From the NCBI GenBank assembly GCA_963664875.1, contig OY761611.1, positions 3,360,001 through 3,424,000 on the forward strand: a stretch of DNA of 64,000 bases. Direction: 5' to 3'. The stretch comes from Candidatus Kapaibacterium sp. (GTDB taxonomy: Bacteria > Bacteroidota > Ignavibacteria > Kapaibacteriales > UBA2268). Under the pieces are notes generated by a model. The model had not been told where the DNA came from. It was given only the letters and a program-made list of their open reading frames with translations, and did no database searches. Positions 20,343-30,227 of the stretch are shown one piece after another. Both the position numbers and the translations under genes were made by a program. The number at the start of each line of letters is the position of its first letter. The first letter of the stretch is position 1.

Positions 20343-20771
20343 ATGAATAAGTCAATAATGCTGCTTTCTTTTATAATGTTGCTTGTGACTTGTATCGCGT
20401 GTGACGAAAGTCCGGGAGAGAAAGATATACTAATCAAAAAAATCAATCTTGAAGATAAAGATTTCAATATAGAATTTTATTTAGATAGATCCGGTGGGGT
20501 TTATGCAAGTGAATATTATCAAATCTTTAAAGCACACAATGATGGTACTTATGATTTAATATATAGTAAGAAATATAGGGATAGAGAAGTTCAAGTTGAA
20601 AGATATAGTGATAATGAGATTGTGGTATATGAGAAATTTAAAAAGATAGATTTTCGAAAAATTATCGATACACTAGCAAATGGTAAAATACTCTCTACTA
20701 GTGAATCAAAACTTATTGGTATCGAATATGATACTATATATATAGATTTAGATAGCTTTTGGGATTGGTAG
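20343..20771 (+). CDS. Putative immunity lipoprotein
   Basis: Immediately follows the toxin; MNKSIMLL...CIAC lipobox (ATG at 20343). Confidence 0.65.
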   Translation: MNKSIMLLSFIMLLVTCIACDESPGEKDILIKKINLEDKDFNIEFYLDRSGGVYASEYYQIFKAHNDGTYDLIYSKKYRDREVQVERYSDNEIVVYEKFKKIDFRKIIDTLANGKILSTSESKLIGIEYDTIYIDLDSFWDW

Positions 20772-20783
20772 AGTATTTCAGTT

Positions 20784-20986
20784 AAACTTTAATTAAATAA
20801 GCATAAAAGAGACGGCTGGAAGCCTCGTATAAAAGTTCTTTCTAAAAATGACTACTACCCGTTTGGTATGATGATACCAGAAAATTACTATCAGGATAGC
20901 ACTACTAAAACTCGCTTCAAGGTCACTGAGCGTAGTCGAAGTGTAACGGAATGGAGCGAGATGATGAAATAGCAGGTTTTGGGAAT
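20784..20986 (+). repeat. RHS-core remnant repeat, copy 2 (REP inserted at 20921..20943)
   Basis: Near-identical to copy 1, including GGTCACTGAGCGTAGTCGAAGTG. Confidence 0.85.
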
Positions 20987-21985
20987 GTATATAGCACTGC
21001 AAACAGGACTTATGATTCAAGAATTGCAAGGTGGTTTAGTGTAGATCCTGCAAGAAAGAAATATTTAAGTAAAAGTCCTTTTAATGCACTTGGAAATAAT
21101 CCAATAATGTATAAAGATCCTGGTGGAGATGATATTTATGTTTTTAATGAGACTTATGAAGTTCAGAAAGCCAGTAAAGAGGTTTATAAAGTTATCAATG
21201 GCGATTTGACCTTTGATTTACCAATTCCATACAAAATTATAAAAGCAGAGGGAGATCATCGCTATATTTGGGAAAATGGTTTTGATACAGGTAAAGATTT
21301 GAGAATACATTCTCCATACACGATTCATGGTGGAGATGGGAATGAGAATTATATGAAAGAAAATAAAATATCGTCAAATATAAGAAAACTGACTTCTCTA
21401 AATGGATTTATTAGAGATGAATTAGATGATATAATAGAACAGCAGAGTCATTGTTCAGTAGGTACTAAACTTCCAACTATACATAATTATACTATAGCTA
21501 TACTTAATTTTGCATCTGAATCTAGGGGAGGTCATGAATTAGATTTTAAAGAAAAGATTCCCGCTATGTCTCCCAAAAAAACAACAGATGGGATGGGGAC
21601 TTTATATGAAATTGGTGGTACATATTATAATAAAAACGAGGCAGGGAATTTTCTATTTGGTTATGCCGCAGCAAAGTTAGGTTTTGGCTTAGGCTTTGTA
21701 AAAATTGGTGGTGAATTATATGTAGATTTAGAGAGAATAAAGAATGGAACCGGAATGGAATTCGATGAACCTTGGGAAGTAGCTGCTGTTGTTAAAGGAT
21801 ATGCTTTTTACAAGTTAAAAATGTTAGGAGAGAAAAATATGAACAATAGCGCTTATCAAGAATATCTAGAACTTTATAATAATGCTAGTAATCGCATAGA
21901 TTATTATGAAGGAAATTTGGAGACGAGTGATGTAGAAATAGTCGACACAGATGAAAATAGGGGAGAAACGGATGGAGAAAATTAG
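20951..21985 (+). CDS. Orphan RHS C-terminal toxin, Ntox44-like
   Basis: RTYDSRIARWFSVDP...NNPIMYKDPGG; LDFK, EAGNFLFGYAA and FDEPWE motifs. Confidence 0.75.
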   Translation: MERDDEIAGFGNVYSTANRTYDSRIARWFSVDPARKKYLSKSPFNALGNNPIMYKDPGGDDIYVFNETYEVQKASKEVYKVINGDLTFDLPIPYKIIKAEGDHRYIWENGFDTGKDLRIHSPYTIHGGDGNENYMKENKISSNIRKLTSLNGFIRDELDDIIEQQSHCSVGTKLPTIHNYTIAILNFASESRGGHELDFKEKIPAMSPKKTTDGMGTLYEIGGTYYNKNEAGNFLFGYAAAKLGFGLGFVKIGGELYVDLERIKNGTGMEFDEPWEVAAVVKGYAFYKLKMLGEKNMNNSAYQEYLELYNNASNRIDYYEGNLETSDVEIVDTDENRGETDGEN

Positions 21986-22592
21986 AAAAACTGTAGTAAT
22001 TACTAGTGTAATTGTTTTATTGTGTTTACAATCTTGTGACTATAGAGTTAATAGCTTGGAAAATGATCTTCGAAGTATAAGATCTTTACAAAACTATTTA
22101 AAACAAATTGTTGATGACAATGATATTATGAGTGTTTATTGTTATTACGACAACTTAGACAATACTATTCAATTTAGCATGTTCGATACTGTTATTTATC
22201 ATGATATTGAATTTACAAACATAGAATACATTGATAAATACAATATGCATATTCATAATAAATATATTAAGATTGATTCTTTGTACAGTCTCGTAAGAAT
22301 TTGCAATATGCTATATAGTAAATATAGAATCAATAAATTTCAATATATCGATTATTATCATGAATTTAATAATGATAGTTTTCATTATAGACAAAAACAG
22401 TATCCATCGGTAAATAGAGAGTTGACTCCGGATGAAATGTTTAATATATCATCATTTGTTGAATTAAAAACTGATGTTTATAAGTTTATGTCTGCGTATA
22501 AATTTGTTGATACACATAAGGAAGATTTAGGAAATATTGGTGTGTCTGAAGTTGGAGAGGAAATCTTTCTATATTATGAAAGATATCAGTAA
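21972..22592 (+). CDS. Putative immunity lipoprotein
   Basis: Overlaps the toxin stop; LQSC lipobox. Confidence 0.65.
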   Translation: MEKIRKTVVITSVIVLLCLQSCDYRVNSLENDLRSIRSLQNYLKQIVDDNDIMSVYCYYDNLDNTIQFSMFDTVIYHDIEFTNIEYIDKYNMHIHNKYIKIDSLYSLVRICNMLYSKYRINKFQYIDYYHEFNNDSFHYRQKQYPSVNRELTPDEMFNISSFVELKTDVYKFMSAYKFVDTHKEDLGNIGVSEVGEEIFLYYERYQ

Positions 22593-22670
22593 TGGAAGAA
22601 TTGAAATAATATGTTTTCTGGAATTAAAACAACTAATCCTTAGCTTTTGGTATTGGTTTTGTATTTTAAT

Positions 22671-22872
22671 AAACCTTTAATTATTTAAGCATAAAAGAGA
22701 CGGCTTGAAGCCGCGTCTAAAAGTTCTTTCAAGAAATAACTACTATTTATTTGGTATGATGAGACCTGAAAATTACTATCAGGATAACACGACTAAAACC
22801 CGCTTCGGATTCAATGGTATGGAAAGGGAAGATGAAATTGCGGGGCTGGGGAATAGCTATCATGCCAAGTAG
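22671..22872 (+). pseudogene. RHS-core remnant repeat, copy 3 (no REP, truncated, no toxin)
   Basis: Reads ...TTKTRFGFNGMEREDEIAGLGNSYHAK then stop. Confidence 0.75.
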
Positions 22873-22923
22873 TAGTCTCACAATTAGTGAATATATGAAT
22901 TATTTTATTTAAAGGAATACGTT

Positions 22924-23832
22924 TTGAAAAAACTACTTTTACTAATTAGCATAAGCATCCTTGCCTTCGGGTGCAGGTCAAAACTGTTAGAAGGCGAGAT
23001 TTTGGAAGCCTATAAGCTAGATTTAAATGATAATACAGCTATCTCCCCTCACCCATTAAAGATGGAAATGGGGCTTGAGCTATGGGATTTAAGACTTGAC
23101 TTATACAGAAAGGAATATACCAGAAAGAAACCGGGAGATGACACTCCTTTAGATCTAAGACCGACAGATCGTATGACTAACATGGCTATAGGTCTTCATC
23201 TGGGTAACGGACTTTTTGTAGATTGTAATGAAGTCGTGGGAGTAGATATACTTGATTTCTACGATGTAGATGCAGAAAAGACAGACATTGTAATTCAGTT
23301 CCCAACTGCAGAAGAAAAGATTCAGAGAAGAATAGTTAAAGAGGATGATTTTATCGTTGGCTATTATTCCAATGAAGAAGAAGCTGAACGCACATACAAA
23401 TTTTACAAAGATAGTGTCAGATCTTACTATAGTGACAGAGGATCATTTGTTACCTATGTAATGACAGACCAGTCTTATAGATTAAACACAAGCATGGGTT
23501 ATGCACTAGTGAAAAAGGGAGAGCATAAGTACGAGAAAGAAGCAGGCATGTTTTTCAAGAACAGAGATTTTGAGAGGCTAGCACCCGATACCTTGCAGTT
23601 TGAAGAAACAATGGTAATCCGCACAGATAAAGAAATTCAAATATTGGAAGATGATCCGAGAGAATTAGACGACGGCAGCTACGTTGTAGATAAGCACCTA
23701 ATTATCAAAAAAGACGGTTTCGTATGCTACGACTACAAAGGAGAATGCTTTAGATCCAACAGAGTAGCAGATACGATATTTGTACATAGAAATCACGAAC
23801 TTACAATGAAGATGCAGCTGGTGAAGAGGTAA
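22924..23832 (+). CDS. Hypothetical lipoprotein
   Basis: AAGGA RBS with TTG start; AFGC lipobox; 302 aa. Confidence 0.75.
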   Translation: MKKLLLLISISILAFGCRSKLLEGEILEAYKLDLNDNTAISPHPLKMEMGLELWDLRLDLYRKEYTRKKPGDDTPLDLRPTDRMTNMAIGLHLGNGLFVDCNEVVGVDILDFYDVDAEKTDIVIQFPTAEEKIQRRIVKEDDFIVGYYSNEEEAERTYKFYKDSVRSYYSDRGSFVTYVMTDQSYRLNTSMGYALVKKGEHKYEKEAGMFFKNRDFERLAPDTLQFEETMVIRTDKEIQILEDDPRELDDGSYVVDKHLIIKKDGFVCYDYKGECFRSNRVADTIFVHRNHELTMKMQLVKR

Positions 23833-23916
23833 ATTCCTCCCACATTTCCTTTCAATATCTACACATCATTTAACCTTTATTCTTATATTGCAGTATCAAA
23901 TTAAGGAGAACTCGTT

Positions 23917-24501
23917 ATGAAATATTTGATACTGCTGTTTTGCTTGGTCAGCTTTGCTGCGGACTCTGTTATCATCGACAGCAAGCTAAGCAAAGACGAA
24001 GCTCTGATGGGGACAAAGGCACCTCAGAAGGTGATAGATCATATCCGACTTATTGAAGTGGAATACTACTCTATGGACGGCAAGTTGCACAAAGGACAGC
24101 TTCAGGTGCATAAAGATGTGGTAAGCGATGTGCAGTCTGTCTTTAGTCTGATGCGTCAAATCAAGTTCCCTGTAAACAAAGTTATTCCTATGGTAAAATA
24201 CGGCTGGTCGGATGATAAATCAATGGATGATAATAACACTTCATCTTTCAATTTCCGATATATTGCCGGCACTACCCGAATGTCAAAGCATGCAGAAGGG
24301 CTTGCGATTGATATTAATCCGTTTTTAAACCCGGTGATTTATGCAGACGGTAAAATTTCTCCAAGCGGAGCCAAGCGCGATGTAAATATTGCAGGCACTT
24401 TCCACTCCGAACATCCCGTAGTCAAAAAGTTTAAAGAACTTGGCTGGAAATGGGGTGGCGACTTCAATTCATTCAAAGATTATCATCATTTTGCTAAATA
24501 G
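23917..24501 (+). CDS. M15-family metallopeptidase (D,D-carboxypeptidase or L-Ala-D-Glu peptidase-like)
   Basis: NNTSSFNFR, SKHAEGLAIDINP, WKWGGDF..KDYHHF. Confidence 0.88.
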   Translation: MKYLILLFCLVSFAADSVIIDSKLSKDEALMGTKAPQKVIDHIRLIEVEYYSMDGKLHKGQLQVHKDVVSDVQSVFSLMRQIKFPVNKVIPMVKYGWSDDKSMDDNNTSSFNFRYIAGTTRMSKHAEGLAIDINPFLNPVIYADGKISPSGAKRDVNIAGTFHSEHPVVKKFKELGWKWGGDFNSFKDYHHFAK

Positions 24502-24503
24502 AT

Positions 24504-25097
24504 ATGAAAAAACTTAGATTAGGATTTTTAGCTTCACATGGCGGAAGCAATATGCAGGCTATCGTAAATGCAATCAAAGCCGGGAAATTAGATGCCGAAG
24601 CTGCAGTTGTTATATCAAACAATTCGCACTCCGGAGCTTTAGAAAAAGCCAACAGCGAGGGGATACCGCACTTTCACATCAGCGGCAAAACTCACGGTGA
24701 GAAAGAAGCTGAAACAATATGCAATATTCTGAAAGAGCATAAAGTTGACCTTGTAATACTCGCAGGCTATATGAAAAAAATCGGAGAGGAAGTGCTTTCT
24801 GAATATAAGGGAAGAATTTTAAATATTCACCCGGCACTCCTGCCAAAACATGGTGGGGCAGGAATGTACGGCATGAATGTGCATACTGCGGTTATAGCAG
24901 CAAAAGAAACAGAAAGCGGCCTAACAGTCCATCTGATTGATGAACATTACGACCGGGGGCGAATTCTTGCCCAAACAAAAGTTCCTGTATTACCTGAGGA
25001 CACACCCGAAACGCTTGCGGAAAGAGTCCTTAGAGCCGAGCATATAATTTATGCGGAAACTATACAAAAAATTGCTACCGGTGAGATTGAGCTTTAG
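24504..25097 (+). CDS. purN: Phosphoribosylglycinamide formyltransferase
   Basis: ASHGGSNMQAI, LAGYMK, LNIHPALLP, YDRGRIL. Confidence 0.96.
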   Translation: MKKLRLGFLASHGGSNMQAIVNAIKAGKLDAEAAVVISNNSHSGALEKANSEGIPHFHISGKTHGEKEAETICNILKEHKVDLVILAGYMKKIGEEVLSEYKGRILNIHPALLPKHGGAGMYGMNVHTAVIAAKETESGLTVHLIDEHYDRGRILAQTKVPVLPEDTPETLAERVLRAEHIIYAETIQKIATGEIEL

Positions 25098-25132
25098 GTA
25101 TTGATAGATATATCGTTATCATAAATATATAC

Positions 25133-25161
25133 AGCCGCAGGGTTAATCCTACGGCTTTTTT
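25133..25161 (+). terminator. Intrinsic terminator
   Basis: AGCCGCAGGG...TCCTACGGCT followed by a T-run. Confidence 0.7.
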
Positions 25162-25263
25162 ATATGTATTTGTATAGGAAATATGTCTATATAGTAGAAT
25201 TATCGCAGTATTTACAATATACAATACTGATATATAAAGTGATTATTTTACACAACTAACTCG

Positions 25264-25309
25264 ACTTTTAGGGAGTATAATCCCCAAAAGTCTAAACTTT
25301 TGGGGATTA
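25264..25309. repeat. 46-bp palindromic repeat downstream of the DUF4143 gene
   Basis: ACTTTTAGGGAGTATAATCCCCAAAAGT-CTAA-ACTTTTGGGGATTA; direct copy at 26583..26628. Confidence 0.9.
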
Positions 25310-25340
25310 CAATCACATATAGTAAAGTAAATTAGGGGAT

Positions 25341-26492
25341 TTATTCTCCACTCTCTTCGAAATAATCTATTTCAGTAAGGAAGCGAAGGTAATTTCCTTT
25401 ATTGATAATAGCTACTTTTGCATCCGGGTAAGCGTCTATAAATGCAGACGTAACTCTGCCTTGATTTTCTCTATATTTGAACTCAAATGCATAAAGCATT
25501 CCATCACGTTCTTCAATATAATCTACCTCGCTGCCGCTTTTAGTTCTCCAAAAATAAGCAGAATAGTGGATGTTTGAGTTGTTGAGTAGTTTCATCCTTT
25601 CGACAATGAGATAGTTTTCCCACAAAGCACCCCGGTCATTTCTCATAGGTATAATTTTGAAATCATTGATAATTGCATTTCGTATTCCATTGTCGTAGAA
25701 ATATATTTTATTGCTTTTCCTAAGTTCACTTCGAGCATTGTTAGAGTATGAAGGCAACTCAAAAATCACGAATGCCTGCCGTAGCAAATCAATATACCTG
25801 ACAACTGTTTTTTTGTCAATACCTATCAAATTTGCAAGCTCGTTGTAAGAAACCAAATTGCCAAGCTGAAAAGCAATTGCTTTGACTAATCTATCTAGGA
25901 ATTCAGGTTTACGTAAGTCATTTAGCATAAAAATATCTTTGAAAAGATATGAAGAAGCAATCTCTAAAAGTATTTCAACCTCATCTCCCGGACTAATGAC
26001 TACTTCCGGGTATGAGCCATAGACTAATCTATGCTCTCTTCGCCTTATCTCTTCAAATGTAGAATGGTGCTCAGACAATTCGGCAAATGACATAGGTAGC
26101 ATGAAAAACTCAAACTTCCTGCCGGTCATTGATTCTTTGATTTTGTCATTAATCTCCAAAGAAGAAGATCCTGTAATCAAAATGGCTTTTTCCGGAAAGT
26201 TGTCAACGAGTAATTTAACTGTTACGCCTATGTTTTCAATCCTTTGAGCCTCATCAATAGCAATTAAATCATGATTAGCAATGATAGACTGCAGAGTAGA
26301 AGAGTTTGCATTTTGTAGCATCACCCTTACATCAGGCTCGTCGCAGTTCAAATATAAAGCACTATCGTACCTGTTGCGAGCGATCTGTCTAACTAATGTC
26401 GTTTTTCCGACCTGCCTGGCACCAAGTATAATTATTGCTCTTCTCGAATTCAATTTGCGAACTATGATATTTTCCATATTACGGTTAATCAT
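25341..26492 (-). CDS. AAA_14 ATPase with DUF4143 domain (HTH plus PD-(D/E)XK-like C-terminus)
   Basis: Walker A GARQVGKTT, Walker B IDEAQ, TGSSSL, ESMTGR, YGSYP, KIYFYDNG, GALWEN, YFWRTKSGSEVDYI, AFEFK. Confidence 0.92.
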   Translation of the reverse strand: MINRNMENIIVRKLNSRRAIIILGARQVGKTTLVRQIARNRYDSALYLNCDEPDVRVMLQNANSSTLQSIIANHDLIAIDEAQRIENIGVTVKLLVDNFPEKAILITGSSSLEINDKIKESMTGRKFEFFMLPMSFAELSEHHSTFEEIRRREHRLVYGSYPEVVISPGDEVEILLEIASSYLFKDIFMLNDLRKPEFLDRLVKAIAFQLGNLVSYNELANLIGIDKKTVVRYIDLLRQAFVIFELPSYSNNARSELRKSNKIYFYDNGIRNAIINDFKIIPMRNDRGALWENYLIVERMKLLNNSNIHYSAYFWRTKSGSEVDYIEERDGMLYAFEFKYRENQGRVTSAFIDAYPDAKVAIINKGNYLRFLTEIDYFEESGE

Positions 26493-26562
26493 AAACAGCT
26501 CCGATGTTAATTTTCCAAGACTATTATACCAATAATTTTACTAAGAAGCAAATATAAAAGAC

Positions 26563-26628
26563 TATACTCCCTAAAAGTCTAAACTTTTAGGGAGTATAAT
26601 CCCCAAAAGTTTAGACTTTTGGGGATTA
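26563..26628. repeat. Double-palindrome repeat upstream of the DUF4143 gene
   Basis: TATACTCCCTAAAAGT-CTAA-ACTTTTAGGGAGTATA overlapping TAATCCCCAAAAGT-TTAG-ACTTTTGGGGATTA. Confidence 0.9.
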
Positions 26629-26688
26629 TGTCCTAAAATTAAGTGAATTGAAGTCAATATATGAAGTTATTTAATATTGGAACTGTTT

Positions 26689-28500
26689 CTATGGCACTTG
26701 AGGGAGTATAGCTATTGGGAGTTTGATTGTAAAAGTACTACCTTCATTTGGTTTACTTTGTACGGAAATTTCTCCACCACATTTCTCGACAAGCTCTTTG
26801 CAAAGAATTAAACCTAAACCTGAGCTTGACTCGCCATTTGTTCCTAATCTTGAGGTTGATTCTGACACAGAAAATAGTTTACCAATTAGTTCTTCGCTCA
26901 TACCTATACCCGAATCTTTTATGGAAAGAGCAACAAACTTGCCTTGTATAGAAGAAGAGATTTCAATATTGCCTCCATTAGGAGTAAATTTCACTGCATT
27001 CGAAAGGATATTCCTGACAATACCGTTGCACATGTTGTTGTCTGATTCTATAAAAGTATTTTCCGGCACTAAATTAGTTACATTGATACTTTTGGAATCA
27101 ATTTTCGGTTCCAATAGAGCTATGTTATAAGATATCAGTTCACTAAGAATAATTGTATCAGGAGTGAAAGGAACGATGTCTCGTTGCATACGTGACCATT
27201 CTAAAAGATTTTCAAGCAAATCATATACTTTAGTAGCACTTTGTTTGAGAAGACTTGAAATTTCAATAATTTCATCATTTTCAGTAGCAACTGATTCGTT
27301 GACCAAAATTTCGGAGAGCCCTAAAAAGCCTGAGAATGGGCTTCTAAGGTCATGAGCTATAATAGAAAAGAACTTATCCTTTTCTTTTATTGATACTTCC
27401 AATTTGTTATTGGTCTCAATAAGGTGATTGCTTGTTTGAATAAGTTTTTTATTAAGTTCATCTGTTTTTATCTTTGAAGCTATAAACATTCCTATAAAAA
27501 ACAACAAAATAGCAGCTACTATCATGCTTACGATTAGAAATGCGTTGTTGTTATAAATTAATTGACTCAATGTCTCATCTCTCGAATAAGAAATGATGTA
27601 GGCTACAGGTATATTTTCTACATTTTTGATGTTTACAAAAGAAACTATGTAAGTGTCTTCTCCTATTTTGGCATATTTTGAAAAATCTTTGTTTGCATTT
27701 ACTAATGTTCCGATTTCATCTTTGATTTTTTCGTTGATAAGCGATATCACCTCAAGAGATTCTTCTCCTATATGATTGTATTTGTTTTCTAAGAGAAAAT
27801 CTTCTGAAATTGGGCAAGCAATATAATTTGAAAGTTCATCATCAAATACTTTTGATTCGACTATATCTTTTTTGATCATCATACATGAATATTTGATGCC
27901 CAGTTGATTCAGGTTTTTGCCTATACCTTCGAAGGAAAAGCTTGTCTCCACGCTACCTAAATGGTCCCCATTATACAACAATGGGAATACATAGCGAAAG
28001 CCGTTAAAAATTCTGCCCTCTTCAAACCCGATTGTTTCTTTTTTAGTTTCGTTGGTTTTCTTTACTGTATATCTTACGTTTGTCAAATTATCACCAAACT
28101 TTTCTGGTCTGTGGAATCTTAGAAAACTTGTATTATCCGGAAGATGGAAGTGTAGCTGTTTGATGTCAATCTTTCTTAAATTTTGATATGTTCTTTCAAG
28201 TAATAGCAGTAGGCTATCTCTTACATTTTGTTGTACAGTGCTATCTTTCGAAGAAGCTTTTTGATATAATGATAGTATTTTATCATTGTTTACTATTTCT
28301 GTAAAAATTGAATAGCTCACCAGATTAAATGAATTTATCGTGGAAGATATTTTGACTTGCAATTCTTTAGCTTTTGTATCCAAGTAGCCATTATAAGTTC
28401 TTTGATTCGAGTCATTAACAGCTAAATAAAGAAGCAATTCAGTTGCTAAAATTGAAAAAAAGAGTATTATTAGGAATTTTATTTTTTGTGACGAATTCAT
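26689..28500 (-). CDS. Cache-domain sensor histidine kinase
   Basis: dCache-type FLRFHRPEKFGDNL..VR, H-box IIAHDLRSPF, NILSNAVKFT, GLGL. Start set at ATG 28500 after a GAGG RBS. Confidence 0.9.
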   Translation of the reverse strand: MNSSQKIKFLIILFFSILATELLLYLAVNDSNQRTYNGYLDTKAKELQVKISSTINSFNLVSYSIFTEIVNNDKILSLYQKASSKDSTVQQNVRDSLLLLLERTYQNLRKIDIKQLHFHLPDNTSFLRFHRPEKFGDNLTNVRYTVKKTNETKKETIGFEEGRIFNGFRYVFPLLYNGDHLGSVETSFSFEGIGKNLNQLGIKYSCMMIKKDIVESKVFDDELSNYIACPISEDFLLENKYNHIGEESLEVISLINEKIKDEIGTLVNANKDFSKYAKIGEDTYIVSFVNIKNVENIPVAYIISYSRDETLSQLIYNNNAFLIVSMIVAAILLFFIGMFIASKIKTDELNKKLIQTSNHLIETNNKLEVSIKEKDKFFSIIAHDLRSPFSGFLGLSEILVNESVATENDEIIEISSLLKQSATKVYDLLENLLEWSRMQRDIVPFTPDTIILSELISYNIALLEPKIDSKSINVTNLVPENTFIESDNNMCNGIVRNILSNAVKFTPNGGNIEISSSIQGKFVALSIKDSGIGMSEELIGKLFSVSESTSRLGTNGESSSGLGLILCKELVEKCGGEISVQSKPNEGSTFTIKLPIAILPQVP

Positions 28501-28803
28501 ATAACCTCTCGCAAGCATTATGTGTGTCGAGCAGTATTTATATAGTAAAAAGAATAATTGAGAACTTAAAATACATTCAATATAAAGGCATAACATATAG
28601 TGTTTTGTGCAAACACAATTCATTTCACAGGTACAGCATTATGGCAATGTAGTGCTTGAAAATTAAATGCTTGACTAACATTCCAAACTATATCTGTAAT
28701 CAAATATGTTCAGTTTTTTTAACTTCCTAAAATCAAAAATAATTCGAGATTTTAGATACAGCAATATAAAATATATACCGGATGTAATATCTTCTATGGA
28801 AAT

Positions 28804-29988
28804 TTACTCCTTCGCCGGTATTGAGACCTCTACTTCTTCGTTTTTACGAACTATTTTTATCTTGTTGTGATCGAATACCGAGCTATCATTATTGATGATT
28901 TCATTTCCGTCGTAAAGCAAGGCAAATCCTTTATCCAAAGGTCGCATTGGGTGCAAAGAGCTACCGTGTGCTTCTAATCTTGTTAGCTTTTCTTTTAGAC
29001 TGCTGATGTGCGAGCTTATTTTGCGATTCATTCGCATTTCATAACTATCAAGACTTTGTTGATATATTTTGAGACGGTCGAGCATTCTGTTTGTAAAACG
29101 GGTGCCTGTAAGATCTTCAATTTGTTCGCTGAAAGTATTGATTTTTCTTCTGATTGAACGTTCTGATAACTCCTCTGCTTTATCAAGGAAACTGAATAAC
29201 TTATCTATTGTAATTGGAGTAGCCATCTCTGCAGCGGCAGTTGGGGTAGCAGCTCTGTGATCTGCCACAAAATCTGAAATTGTAAAGTCAGTTTCGTGAC
29301 CGACTCCGCTGATAATTGGCTTTTTAGAATTGTAAATTGCGTTGGCTACAATTTCTGTGTTGTAGCACCACAAATCTTCGAGCGAGCCGCCTCCGCGACC
29401 TATAATCAATACATCAGCGTCAGAGGCATTAAGTTCTTCTATTGCTTTTGCTATATCTTCTGCAGCACCATCACCCTGCACAAGGGTCGGTCTAAAAATA
29501 ATCTCTGCTGCAGGAAATCTTCTCTGAGTAGTGGATAGTATATCTCTTACTGCTGCACCTGTTGGCGAAGTAGAAACACCAATTTTCATAGGGAGTGCCG
29601 GTATTGCTTTTTTGTGTGCAATGTCGAAGTATCCTTGCGAACTTAATTTATCTTTCAGTGCTTCAAAAGCTAAGTATAAGTCCCCTTGTCCCAAGGGCTG
29701 CATGGAGCTGACATCCATCTGATAGCTTCCTCTTGGAGGATAAACAGTAACGCTACCGGAAACAATTACTTTCATGCCGTCTTTTGGAATAAAATTTAAG
29801 TTTCTTGATTTCCACATAGTGCAGGCTATTTGGGCGTTGCTGTCCTTTATGGAAAAATACCGGTGACCGGAGCTGTGTTCCTTGAAGTTTGATATTTCGC
29901 CTTCTACTCGGATAGAAGCAAATCCCTTTTCTAAGGTGTATTTTATTTGGTTAGTAAGCTGGCTTACTGTGATTATATTTATTTGCAT
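28804..29988 (-). CDS. xseA: Exodeoxyribonuclease VII large subunit
   Basis: VEGEISNF, SGHRYFSIKD, TSPTGAAVRD, GRGGGSLEDLW, SGVGHETDFT. Confidence 0.97.
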   Translation of the reverse strand: MQINIITVSQLTNQIKYTLEKGFASIRVEGEISNFKEHSSGHRYFSIKDSNAQIACTMWKSRNLNFIPKDGMKVIVSGSVTVYPPRGSYQMDVSSMQPLGQGDLYLAFEALKDKLSSQGYFDIAHKKAIPALPMKIGVSTSPTGAAVRDILSTTQRRFPAAEIIFRPTLVQGDGAAEDIAKAIEELNASDADVLIIGRGGGSLEDLWCYNTEIVANAIYNSKKPIISGVGHETDFTISDFVADHRAATPTAAAEMATPITIDKLFSFLDKAEELSERSIRRKINTFSEQIEDLTGTRFTNRMLDRLKIYQQSLDSYEMRMNRKISSHISSLKEKLTRLEAHGSSLHPMRPLDKGFALLYDGNEIINNDSSVFDHNKIKIVRKNEEVEVSIPAKE

Positions 29989-30227
29989 GATTTTGTCTTG
30001 TAGTTGGGAAATTATGAGGCAGCGTCCTTTACAAGTCTTTTAAAATGGACTTTATAATAGTTTTTAGACGACTTCAAGGCTAAAATAAACAATTTCTGCT
30101 CAAAGGCAAAGTTAGAAAATTTATGCTTAACAAAAATAGTGAGAAGGAGGAAGTGATGAAAAAATCGGTCTAAATAAACCTACCTAGCCCGTAATCTACT
30201 TTACGGACGACGTGGCTGCTCAGGGTT

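Noticed and set aside
25264-26628. CRISPR array
   Set aside because: Half-sites abut each other with no unique spacers, and there are no cas genes
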